Assembly (NCBI RefSeq): GCF_009834535.1
Contig: NC_045697.1
Span: forward strand, 116,500,001 to 116,564,000
Reading direction: 5' to 3'
Source: Camelus ferus
Lineage: Eukaryota
Length of the DNA: 64,000 nucleotides
The notes below the pieces were generated by a model. That model was not told where the DNA came from. It saw only the letters and a list, made by a program, of their open reading frames with translations, and searched no databases. The position numbers and the translations under genes are program-made. Of the stretch, positions 1 to 10,850 are shown piece after piece; position 1 is the stretch's first letter; every line of letters starts with the position of its first letter.

Positions 1-750
1 CTGGAGCGGGGGAGGGGGAGCGCGGCCGCCATTGGCCCAGGGGCCCCGCCCTGCTCGCTCAACTGGGTGAGGAGCAGGGAGAGCCCAGCGGCCGTGGCTA
101 ACAGGGACCCCGGGTCCTCGCGGGGGCGGAGGCCTTGGACGCCGGGTGCTGGGGCCCAGAGGCGGGGTGTGTGACTGGGTTGGGGCGAAGCCCTGGTGAG
201 CGAGGGAGCGGGGGTCGTGGGGCGAGCCGCTTGGAGGGCCGGGAGCCCGGGGGTCAGGCGGCGGGGGGAACGAGGGATCAGAGATCTGCGGGCTCGTGGG
301 GACAGGCCTGGGGGACGCAGGGGCGCGCGACTGGGGGCCGATGTCGGGGGTCGCGCGGCTAGGCGGGGGCGGGGCCCTGGTGCGCTCGGGGCCGAGGGCG
401 GAACCCTGTTGGTGAGGTGGGGCCCTGGGTCGGGGTTGGGACCCAGGCTGGTGGGAGCCAGAGGGTCGCGCGTCTAAAGAGGGGGCTGCCCCTGGGCGCG
501 GCCCGGCTGACAGCGCGGGGTCCCCGAGACCGCATGGGTCCCAGGACGCAGCCAGAGAGCGCAAGGCGGCTCTTTGTTCTCCGGAGACAAAAGGCCGTGC
601 ACTTGGTCCCCGCCTTGGGCAGGTGCGCGGTCTACCTCCTGGGGGGGCGTGCGCTGGGGGCGCGGGGAGATGAATACAATTGGTTGCTGCCTCGCGGATC
701 GGATGGGACTCCCATTGCACCCGAGGTGTTGGCACTTCGGCGATATCCAA
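1..750. promoter_or_regulatory. CpG island / promoter flank, probably of FNIP2 (gene body would lie left of the window on the - strand)
   Basis: Very GC- and CpG-rich, with GC boxes (GGGGCGGGG at ~367) and a CCAAT-type ATTGG at 31. The FNIP2 assignment rests only on the known mammalian gene order ETFDH-PPID-FNIP2; no FNIP2 coding sequence is visible. Confidence 0.75.
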
Positions 751-1741
751 GTTAGATTTCTGCAGATGTGCTTTTGTTTAGTGGGGTTTTTTTTAATAAT
801 TTAAATGTTTGGTCGAATACTTTGCTCTGTTCGGCGTCTTGGGCCACCGTCCCACAGTTACGTTGAAAGTGCAATTACAAAACACGTGGAATTTACTACA
901 TAGGTTTAGAAACTAAAGCTACCTTGCAACAAAGGGCTGCTTTCCTAATACGTGTTTAACAGTCAGAGCACATCCTAATGTGGGGTCTACGGCAGACTCT
1001 TTGGTGCAGATAGGGAGGAGCTGCCAAACTTGAGTTCACTTTCCTACCTCCCCCCACCCCCCCGCCCACCCCGGCCTCCGTGAAACTTCGCCCCTTGGTG
1101 CAGAAATCTCCACCTGTGGTGTAATGGAGCTTAGCACACTAAAAGCAGCTTCTTAACCTTAGTCTTATATCCTTGGCTCTCCAGTTTTTCTGACGATGGG
1201 AAGAGTCCCACCTTGGCTCTCCGCATCTCCTGCCTCAGCAGTGGGCAGTGGTTCACCAGGGTTCTCTGAGACTTGTTCAAAGGAGAAATCAAAAAGGCAA
1301 ATGGATTTACATAAATAGAAATAATAAAAAATATTTCTTCTGGGCCATTTTCATTTGCATCGTCAATTTTTATTGTGTAGGTTTTGGGCCTCGGTAGGAT
1401 AGTAACTGTGAAGTGCTGAAATTCACAAAGGTAAGGGTAAAGTGGTAGAAACCGAAACTCCGTTTATGTTTTTCCTTCAGATTTTTCCTGTTAAAGTGGT
1501 GGGTTGTGTTCGTGCTGGTGCATCCTTTTGCAGGATGAAGGGTACACAGGACCCTAATTTGCAACTTTGCTGTTTCTCTCTGTTTACTGGGAGCATGTAC
1601 CTCAGTAGAACTGCCAGTACTGGTCAGTATCCTGTATCTCAGATATTGGTCTCATCTCTTGTGACTTTATTAGGACAAGTCACATTATGGCCAGAAACAT
1701 ACCACCCTCCCTTACCCCATCTGGTCAGAAATGTCTTTTAT

Positions 1742-1850
1742 GAAGAAACTGAAAAGAAAATAAGTATATGTATGTATATGTATAACTGAATCACTTCGCT
1801 GTACACCTGGAACTAACATTATAAATCAACTACACTTCACATTTAAAAAA
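1742..1850 (+). mobile_element. L1 3' end fragment (5'-truncated)
   Basis: TATAACTGAATCAC..GCTGTACACC..AAATCAACTACACTTCA plus A-tail; the same L1 3' terminus recurs throughout the window. Confidence 0.8.
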
Positions 1851-1851
1851 A

Positions 1852-1992
1852 GGGGGGGTAGTTAAAGTTCAGTGCTAGAGTGCATGCCTCATGCACGAGG
1901 TCCTAGGTTCAATCCTCAGGACCTCCATCAAGAAAAAAAAAAAGTAAATAAATGAATCTAATTACCTCCTCCCGAAAAAAGGAAAAAAAAAA
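1852..1992 (+). mobile_element. Vic-1-like tRNA-derived SINE
   Basis: tRNA-like head with B box GGTTCAATCC, then A-rich tail with CTAATTACCTCC. Confidence 0.8.
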
Positions 1993-3899
1993 TCTATACA
2001 AGACTTCTGGAAAGCTATAGAAGTCAATTGTTATATAAAAGTAGGTTTTAAAAAAACAACAAAAAAAGAAATGTCTTTTATTCTTCAGACTAAAACCTGC
2101 ATATTCTTGGTGTGCCTAGTGCCTTTTGTAACTGCGTACTGGAGAGAAATTTGGCGTGGTGTCCTCACCTCCAGGGGCTGTTCCTGTCCCAGCCAGTCCA
2201 GGTGTACAGAATCATCCAAAAGATGAGATGAAAAAAATCAGGCAGCCAGCATCCTCAATTTTGGACCTGACTGGGCAGCTATAAAGGAAAAGTGTGGTTT
2301 TAATTTTAAAACTATTAATGACAACACTTCATTTAGGAGAGAAAAAAGGAACTGAAATGGTCCCCCATCTCCCTTTTCTCACTGTGCTTCCTCTTAGCAC
2401 CACGTTCTTCCTCATCCTGATTCTGGCCACACCTCTCTTTGGATTTTGAAGCATTACAAAAATCCTAACCAACCAAGTTCTGGGAGGCAGCTGAGCTCCA
2501 GACAGCTCTCGCACCGCAGTTTTATTATCTCTCTTCTTGGCTGTTCAGGCCTCTTCAGACATCCCATCTCTCACCTGTGACCGGTTGGTCACTGCCTCAT
2601 CCCTGAGGCTTGCCACAGTCCCAGTCTCCAGCACCAATTGGTCCATACATCTCATCCACTTCATTCCACTCACTGAATCTTGGAAAATATACTAGCTGCT
2701 GCCCCTATAGGCAGCCGTCCAGAGGAGGAGGGAGTCAAACAATATCCTGGACGTCTGGAGGTGCAGAACAGCACCAAGATGGCGAAGGGGGAATTGAAAA
2801 ACGGCTGGCTGACTTACCCGGTTCCATTCGAAGCGCTGGTCAGAGTTCCCTCCAATCAGTGTGTATCCTGTAAATTGCTTTAGGAGTTTTGCGTCCACAA
2901 TTAGACTGTTGTGGGCGCTATTGCCCCGTAACCCTCTTCCTCCCAACAGAACCCCAGTTTTATTCAGGTGTCCATCCCTCCCCCAGGCCAGCGTGCCTCA
3001 GGACACACTGACACCATCTCAACCTCTGGAGAAGAAGAAGCCATTCTGGAAGATGGTTCCTCACTCTAGAAAGAGGTATAAGGAGAGATGCGGGGTTTTT
3101 CCCTTCCCTGTGGACGCTGTACGTTTACGTGTAATGCCGTTGACTATCTTGCTATCAGTGTGAGCATGAAACCAGCTGTGCCCCTTCATAACGTAACTGA
3201 ACCACATTCCCTCCACCCCTAGCTGACCTTCCCCCTTTGATGAGATTATATTTCTATCATCTGAAGCCAAAAGCAGTGTCCAAGAGAGGGTCTTGTTTTC
3301 TGTCCTCGATAGCTTATTATTTGAGACAGATACACCCTACCTGCTTATCCCACAGTACACCAGAGAAAACAGTTGTCACCAATGGCCCTGCTCTATTTTT
3401 TCATATTTTTACATCATTTTGCAAATCGTTTACAAGAGGCAAAAATAAAGGAATAGTGAAAAATAATTTTAAATGAATTTTAATAAGAATTCAAACAAAC
3501 TCAATTTTTATTCCTTATTTTCCTACATTTGAAGGAATATTACCCTAATGGACCATGTCCCTTGAACAACTCGATCAACATATATGAACCCAGAACACAA
3601 TCATCTCGTAAATATTAACACCAGATTTCAAAAACATCTCTAATAGTTCTATCTTAGTTTTCTATCTTATTAATAACTTTCTATCTTATTTTTCAGCAAC
3701 ACTTCTGAAAACTTAGATGGCTTGTAATTTTGTTGATGGGAGGATAACTATCTTCTCAGCTGCAAAATATTTTCATTTTTAGATTTATAAACACCAGCTG
3801 GAATTAGCAATTCACACCTTAAACTTACCCAATGTTATATGTCAATTGTATCTCAGTAAATCTGGGGGACAGGTAGAATTAGCAATTCGATGGATTTTT

Positions 3900-4530
3900 T
3901 TCATCTCTACCTTATGCATTTCTTTCCAGTCTCCTTTGTGTATACATTGTTTTTAGCATTTGTTGACTGACAACTGCAGCAAGTATATTTGATGTAAAAC
4001 ATCGTAAAAGATAATGGAATACATCACACATCTTTTTAGCGTAGCCCAGGTTCATTGAATAATGAAATTGTTCCTGTTGAACAGCTAACTGGATAAAAAT
4101 GCCATGTTTCCTTTTCATCTTTAAATATATATTGTTAAATCGTTGATTTTTTTTTTTGTTGTTTCAAACCTGATTTTTGTTTATTTAAAAAATGTTTTTT
4201 AATTGAAGTATAGTCAGTCTACAATGCTGTGCTAATTTCTGGTGTACAGCATAGTAGTGATTCAGTTAAAAGTTCAGTTAAACTTTTCTTGAGTTTGAGA
4301 AAATTTATCTAGGGCAGCATCAGCTAAAGACTCATTGCCTGCAGTTTCACTTCTATGATAAATTCCATCATTAAAGTCTGGAGTGCTTCTGTCTGTCTTC
4401 TTGCATTTATCATCTGAGTTTTCTAATAATCTGAAGTGTTTTTCTCTATCAGTTTTCTTTTTTTCTTTGCTATTATGAGAAGAAAATGAAATTTCTGAAT
4501 TCTGAATTATCACCAGTGATTGATAGAAGC
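3900..4530 (-). mobile_element. Degraded piggyBac-like (Looper-type) DNA transposon fragment, interrupted by an L1 3' end at ~4190-4270
   Basis: Frameshifted minus-strand peptide remnants EPG..AKKMCD..LSFTMF..TNAK..KGDWKE resemble the mammalian Looper consensus as recalled from memory. Confidence 0.5.
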
Positions 4531-4555
4531 TTTAACTTAAAAACTACAAAGAGTA

Positions 4556-4657
4556 GGGGAGGGTATAGGTCAGCGATAGAGCATGTGCTTAGCATGCAGG
4601 AGGTCCTGTGTTCAATCCCCAGTGTCTCCATCAAAAAAATAAAATAAAAAATAAAAA
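4556..4657 (+). mobile_element. Vic-1-like SINE
   Basis: GGGGAGGGTATAGGTCAG...GTTCAATCCCCAG plus A-tail; TSD TAAAAACTACAA on both sides. Confidence 0.85.
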
Positions 4658-5229
4658 CTACAAGGACACTGTGTCCAGCATCTTTTTTTTTCTCCTATCC
4701 TGTCTTAAAAGATGATGCAGGACTTTGGGCAATACAATAAGGTAATAAAAAGATGATGTAATAATGATGACTTGTTTTACCATTGAGCCAGCCTTCTAGG
4801 TGATTCAGAGTCTTCTGTTTTCTTATTATCTTTGTCTTTTCTAGCATAGTTGGAAATAATTGTTGAGTAATGTTGAAATAATTCCTAGGATAATGATATA
4901 GTAAAATGTTTAAAGCTGGAGGAAATTAAGATCACCTAGTTATGAAAGGGTCTAATTGACCCATATGGTAATTGCAGGACAGAATGAGTCTTTTTATATT
5001 TTTAATCAGTAGGTTCACTTTTTGTTCTTTGGACAATACAAGTCTAAGAAAGAATGACAGTCGTGAAATATCTATCCCAATAAATAGTTAGAACCTCTCA
5101 GAAAAGAAACTCAAAATCTAAAATTGGATTCAGTGGACTCTGATGTCACAAGGGTTGATCCACTGTAAACTGAGTCTCTGGCATTTGCAACAGAACACTT
5201 GATAATCTCGCCATAGCAAGCGGTGACTT

Positions 5230-6250
5230 CCCTGGTGTGGAAATCAAGGCACCCCCCTGTCTTTGCAGTCGATACAGTTGACCGCTTCTTCCTTTTTGAA
5301 ATCCCCACTCATTGCTGCTGTAGACCTCTTCTAGTGTTACACATCCCTCCTAGCTGCTCCTGCAGTCTCCTCTGGAGGCTCCTCCTTACCCGTCCTTTAA
5401 AGCATGAGATTCCTCAGGGTTTCTCTTCCATCTCGGCCGGAGTACTCCTTCTCCCCTCATCTGTGCCCCTCCTCTCCCTTCCTGGGACTCTGAACGCCAC
5501 CTATACGTTGACGACACCCAGCCTTTTACCTCTGATCCAGACCTCTTCTCGGTTTTTATAACCAGCTATCTACCCCATGTGTCCAGTTGGATATTTTACA
5601 GGCATCCCACACCCAACTCTTAATCTTTGCTTCTTCCAAATCCTGCATCTCTTGCGTCTTCCTCTCCTCAGAACACAGCGCCTCCCTCTACATGTTTGTT
5701 TAAAACAGAAACTTGGGGAGCGGTCTTGACCCTCTCTCCTCATCATCAAGACATTTCCCACATCCATCCCCCTCCCTCTCAGCTGCCGCCGTCACCCTGT
5801 ATCAGCCATCAGTATCCCCTGCCTGGACTTCTGCTGTGAATTGATCTCTTTCTGGCCCCTTTGCCAGCCTACTCTACGTGTGCCGCCGTAAAGATCGATT
5901 AAAGATGTGAGTTGTTTTGTGTCACTTCCTTGATCAGAACATTTTAATGGCCTCCCACTGCATGTGGTGCCACCCAGAACCTTTAGTGTGGCCAACTGAG
6001 GCCCCTGTGTTCGCGTCCCTCCCTCCTGCCCACTCCCGATTCATAGCCCCCCACCCTCCCACTCCCTGGCTGTCCTCCAGCCTCAATGGTGCATTTTCAC
6101 TTCTACCGGGACTCCTCTTCCAGGGAGACCCCCACCCATCCCACAGCTCTTTGTCTCATTAACCCTTATTTATCTTTCCCTTTTCAACTGAAAGTCACCT
6201 CCTCACACCTTGACTGCCTGACTCTTTCAATCTCCATTCTTCATTAAGGA
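5230..6250 (+). mobile_element. Ancient L2 LINE fragment
   Basis: C/T-rich strand with L2-like motifs such as CATGTGTCCAGTTGGATATTTTACAGGCATCCCA and ACTTCCTTGATCAGAACATTTTAATGGCCTCCCACTGCA. Confidence 0.6.
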
Positions 6251-7750
6251 CCCCACCTGCCTCCAGTGAGTTGAGGCTCTCACAAAGAGAGCAAGGGAGT
6301 AGGGAGGGTGATCGTTGGGTAAGCAATCAAGAAAGTTGGCCTTATATACATTAATTTATAAATTATAAAATGCTGACAGCTATGTTTTCTCTGAATATTT
6401 TTCAAGGACCCTGTGCCATGACTCTGGAATCTTGCTTAGACTGGGCTGGGACAGAGGGGGATGGGTTTTTTCATTTCCAGCTCCGTGCATAGATTCTGTG
6501 AGATAAGAAGTGCCAGTTATGTAGGTTATTTTGAACAAATTAAATGTCAAAATGTTGATAAGATACTGTTCCTTCTCAGCTTAAAAAGATTACCCACACG
6601 ACACTTTCTTCTTCCAAACTTCAAAACAATAGTTTCTTTTCTGGTAGTATTTACCTATTTATTAATGCCTCCGAGGTGTATAACGTTGGTCTAGGCACTC
6701 AATAAAAGCTTCTTCAACTAAAGCGCATATTTCAGATTCTGTGGACTTTATTTTGCCTCCAAAGGTGAGGTCTTGGGAGAGAGACAGAAACTCAGTCCCA
6801 CACATGCATTCACACTCAAATGACCCCCAGTGCGTAAAATGTAGAGGATGCAGAAAAGTACAGGGAAGAATATAGTGATGTCTCCATCCCACACCCTGAG
6901 CAGATGGAAATAGCTACAGTAACACGTTTGTGATCTTTCTTCCTTCTTTCCTTTTTCTTTCTGTTTCCTTTTTGTTCATTTGTTTGACAGGGATTTTCAT
7001 TTTGGGATCTGATGACTGCCTAAGTCAATAGTTCAACAAACATCATCGTTTGTTGTTCTTAAATCATTAATTCTACATAAATTCATCTAGTTTATGTATT
7101 TAGCCAGTAGTCATCCAGTGTTCCAACACCACTGTGCTCTGGCCAGTGACCCTGAAGTGTTTGTTGCACAAGAATTACTGTGGAATTCTGCTTAAAATCA
7201 TGATTGGCCCACAGGTATTCTGTCCCATCCCCCACCTCTTCAAAGACCACAAAAATAACAGCAAAGCAATAAAAAAAGAAGGCGTTGGCCTACAAGGAAC
7301 AAAGACAAAAAGGGAGAGGGAGACAGAGAATTTGAGGTTTCTGCAAATGTTTGGCCAAGGACAAGTGCTTGGAAGTCGGAAAGTGGATGAAGGAGGGGTA
7401 AGTAATTGATCAAAGAGGAGGAGTTCAAAACCCAAGGATGAAGATGAGGACCATTTTCCCTCAGAGACTCTCTACGGCCTCACCGTTCGGGAGGGAAAGG
7501 TCTGCACATGTAGTAGTCAGATGCCAGGTCCCTCCTGCCCTCACCCACACTGTCCCTCCGTGGGCCAGAAGAGGACTAGGCGAGTGCCCAGCTCCCAGCG
7601 AGGGGAGGGCAGCCAAGAATAGCTCTGCAGAGAGCTGTGATGGTAGGAGCCCCGTGGATGCTGGTTCACCACTGGAGTATCTACTCATGGATTCCACGAA
7701 TCGGCTCTCCACACAGAGCCTCTCATCACACGTTGAGAGTCTCATTCTTT

Positions 7751-7890
7751 TGGGGGGGGTAATTAAGTTTATTTATTATTATTGTTATTATTACTATTAT
7801 TATTATTTTAAACAGAGGTCCTGGGGATTGAACTCAGGACCACATGCATGCTAAGCACACACTCTACCACTGAGCTACACCCTCCCCCCT
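7751..7890 (-). mobile_element. Vic-1-like SINE
   Basis: GGGGATTGAACTCAGGACC...CCACTGAGCTACACCCTCCCC; TSD AGAGTCT(C/G)ATTCTT. Confidence 0.85.
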
Positions 7891-7894
7891 CCCA

Positions 7895-9390
7895 AGAGTC
7901 TGATTCTTAAATACAAAGGGAAATCCAAGAACAACTCAGTATTTGATGAACACCGCCAGCATGGAAAGGAAAATGCACACAGAGCTGAAAGGGATCTGGG
8001 GTGAACAGAGATCATGCAGGGAGAAAGGGACTTCAGAAACTGGAATTGATTAATCTAAACAAAAATAAGAGATGAAAAAAGAAAACACAACAAGGAAGTA
8101 CTCTTGAAAATTCAATATATGATGATGTAAATAAAATACTCAATTAAAAAAAAGTGAAGGATAAAATTGGGAAGGATGGAAAATTGAAGAGGAAAGGTGG
8201 AACATTAGAGAATCCATTCATGGACTTCCCAAGAGGACTGTCAGAAAGGAGATCAGCGAAGACAGGGGAACATATCATCAAAGAAACAACAGAAGAAAAT
8301 CTCCTGGGACTGAGGATATGAGTCCCCATGTTGGTAGGGCTCACCCAGAAGAATACATTTTCTTCATCTACTTTAGGGCACAGCATCATTAAATTTCAGA
8401 ACATCTTGTGTAAGGAAAAAAGTTAAAAGACCTTTCAGAGAAGAAAGCAGTTCACAAAAACCAAACAGAACTCAGAAAAGCATCAGAGTCATTACCGGCT
8501 GGTCTTGGTGAAGGGAGACTAGGGGGCACACCATAAACAGGTGGAGAGAAAACTATTTTAGCCTAGGATCCTTCCCCAAACTAAACTACACATCACGTCA
8601 CGTAGAATACACACACTTTGAGACACACAAGGTCTCAGACATCATACCTCCATCCTTTCTTAGGCAGCTGGGAGATGCATGTTAGCAAAATAGAGGATGA
8701 AAACAAGAAAAGGGAGTATGGGGCAGGAAGATCCTAGAAAGAAAAGCAGCAAGGTGGCAGGAAGGGGCAGCCCAGGGCCTCTAGAAAACAGCCAGACCAG
8801 GGAAGGAGAAGGGATGGGCTCCTGAGGCTGCAAGAAAGATGCACTGTAAGTATGGGAACGTAAAGAGGATACGGCAGAGATGCTGGAACCCTAGGAAAAG
8901 ATTAGCATTAGGTAGCTGGGAAACCAAACAGGTGATAAAGTGAGGCAATGATTAACTTCAGGGAAAAAAAGAGAAAGCTTGCACAGGGAAAGAAAAAGTG
9001 TGCTTTCAGCACATTACTTGGCTCAGGGACCAATATTTATTATATCATCTCTCTAACGTAATGTGGGCTATTGATTTAACAAAAATTATACATAGTTATA
9101 TATGGGGAGGGAATAAGAAAAAATGGAGTTGGGGGAGGGAAGCAATGATCTCGTATTTATTCACAGTGGCAGGAAGTCAAGAGACAGGACTGAAATTGGC
9201 AAACCAAGAAATCGTGACATATGCATGTAATTTTTAAAAAAAATATATGGAGGAAAATGACGAAACTAACTAGAAAAGTTGAGGGTGGGAACCTGTAGGG
9301 CTGGGGTGGGGTGGGAAAGTGTGGAGCAGGAGACTGCTGGGGTTTTTTTTTAAGACTTTTAGTACTATTTGACTTTTAAAGTGATACACG
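7895..9390 (+). mobile_element. Highly degraded ancient L1 (L1M-type) remnants
   Basis: A-rich + strand with ORF1-region-like and old 3'-end-like motifs; no intact frame. Confidence 0.45.
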
Positions 9391-9398
9391 TGGATATG

Positions 9399-9401
<3 letters not shown>

Positions 9402-9445
<44 letters not shown>
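9402..9445. repeat. (GT)22 microsatellite
   Basis: Direct reading. Confidence 0.97.
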
Positions 9446-9449
<4 letters not shown>

Positions 9450-10619
9450 CTTTGATTAAAAAAAAAGTTTATTTTTAAATCGTCTCACTTGTGGGCATTG
9501 TTAAAAGTCCTCTTTCTGGGCCTGATCCTATGAGATTCCAATCTAGTAAGAATAGGACTCAGGAAATGAACTTGAAATAGAACCTCAAGAAATCTGGATG
9601 CAGACGGTTCACAGACAACGCTTTGAGACACATCACACAGATCCCCTGAAGTTCTGTGCAGAGTTTTGCAAGAATGTGCAGTCTTTCAGAAAAAGTCTAT
9701 ACTTTCCTGATTTTCACTGATGCCCCCAAGCCCAAATAAGTTCAAACATTGTTTTTCTAGCTCTGCCTTCCTTCCAAGAATAAATGAGATTCTGCTAATT
9801 ATTTAAGGTCAGATGCAGACCTAATTATTGTTGTAGTGGGTTAAGCACTTTATAAAGCTCATTGAGCATATAGACGGGAAAGCACTGGCTGAATTTTCAG
9901 TCCACTGTTGAGTACATTACAAGGAGAATACTACAGCATGATCACTGCAGTGCACTGGATATAAACCCAGTGGTTTGAAGAAGTCAGTGTGGATTTGCTG
10001 GCATCTACCAGCGATGTCGACCAAGCCTAGAGTTCAGTTTCATACGGTTGGAAAAAACATCTCTATGTTGTCATTCAATGGTATCTTTATATAACAGTGC
10101 TGGAGTCCAACTGGAAAATTTAATGTGCATATTTTGACAACCTTGTATTTTTATTCAACATTTTAGTAATTTTACAGTGTCAGCCGGCCTTCCTCAAATT
10201 TCTTTACCCTTTCAATTTTTTAAAAATTGCTTTTGTCTTTATAAAACATGACAGGAGTTCACGAGTTGTCATTTGGATTAAACTAGACAGCAAAATATGG
10301 TTTCAGATTAATTGCTGGAAGGAATTAAATTTTGATTCATCTGTTTTCTTTAAATCTTATACATTAAAATGTTAGAGAAATTACTTTTTTTATTTTGGTG
10401 ACTATAAAAAGTCTAAAATATTTTAAAAAGACACATCGCATAGACCAGTACAAACCAGTAGCCAATAAATTAATGTTTGTTGAAGGAATAATAACATATA
10501 GTGTGGTAATTATTAGTTATTTAAGCAGATTGCACACTAATTTGCACATCAAAGTTCCTTATTAATAGATCAATGATATTCTTAGGTGCAGTACACTATT
10601 TCTTAAAAATAATAGCAAG

Positions 10620-10850
10620 TCCATCTGTAACACTTACTCTGTCCCAGACCTTGTTCTAAGCATTTTCCTGTTATTCTCTCATTTAACCCTGGCAACAACC
10701 CTATGAGGGAAGTAATATGATTACTCCCATTTTACAGATGAGAAAACTGATACCCAAGGTTAAGTAGCTGCCACCACCTAGTGAACAGCTGAGTAGTGAA
10801 ACCATCAGTCTGGCCCAGAACCGTACCCTTTTAACTGCTGTGCTATATAC
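10620..10850 (-). mobile_element. MIR SINE
   Basis: Core CCCATTTTACAGATGAGAAAACTGA..AAGGTTAAGTAGCTGCC. Confidence 0.85.

Noticed and set aside
1431..1480. Intron between the 1430 donor and the TTCCTTCAG acceptor at 1480
   Set aside because: At 50 nt it is below the usual minimum mammalian intron size.
9860..10140. Possible processed pseudogene fragment
   Set aside because: All frames I read contain stops and no peptide was recognisable.
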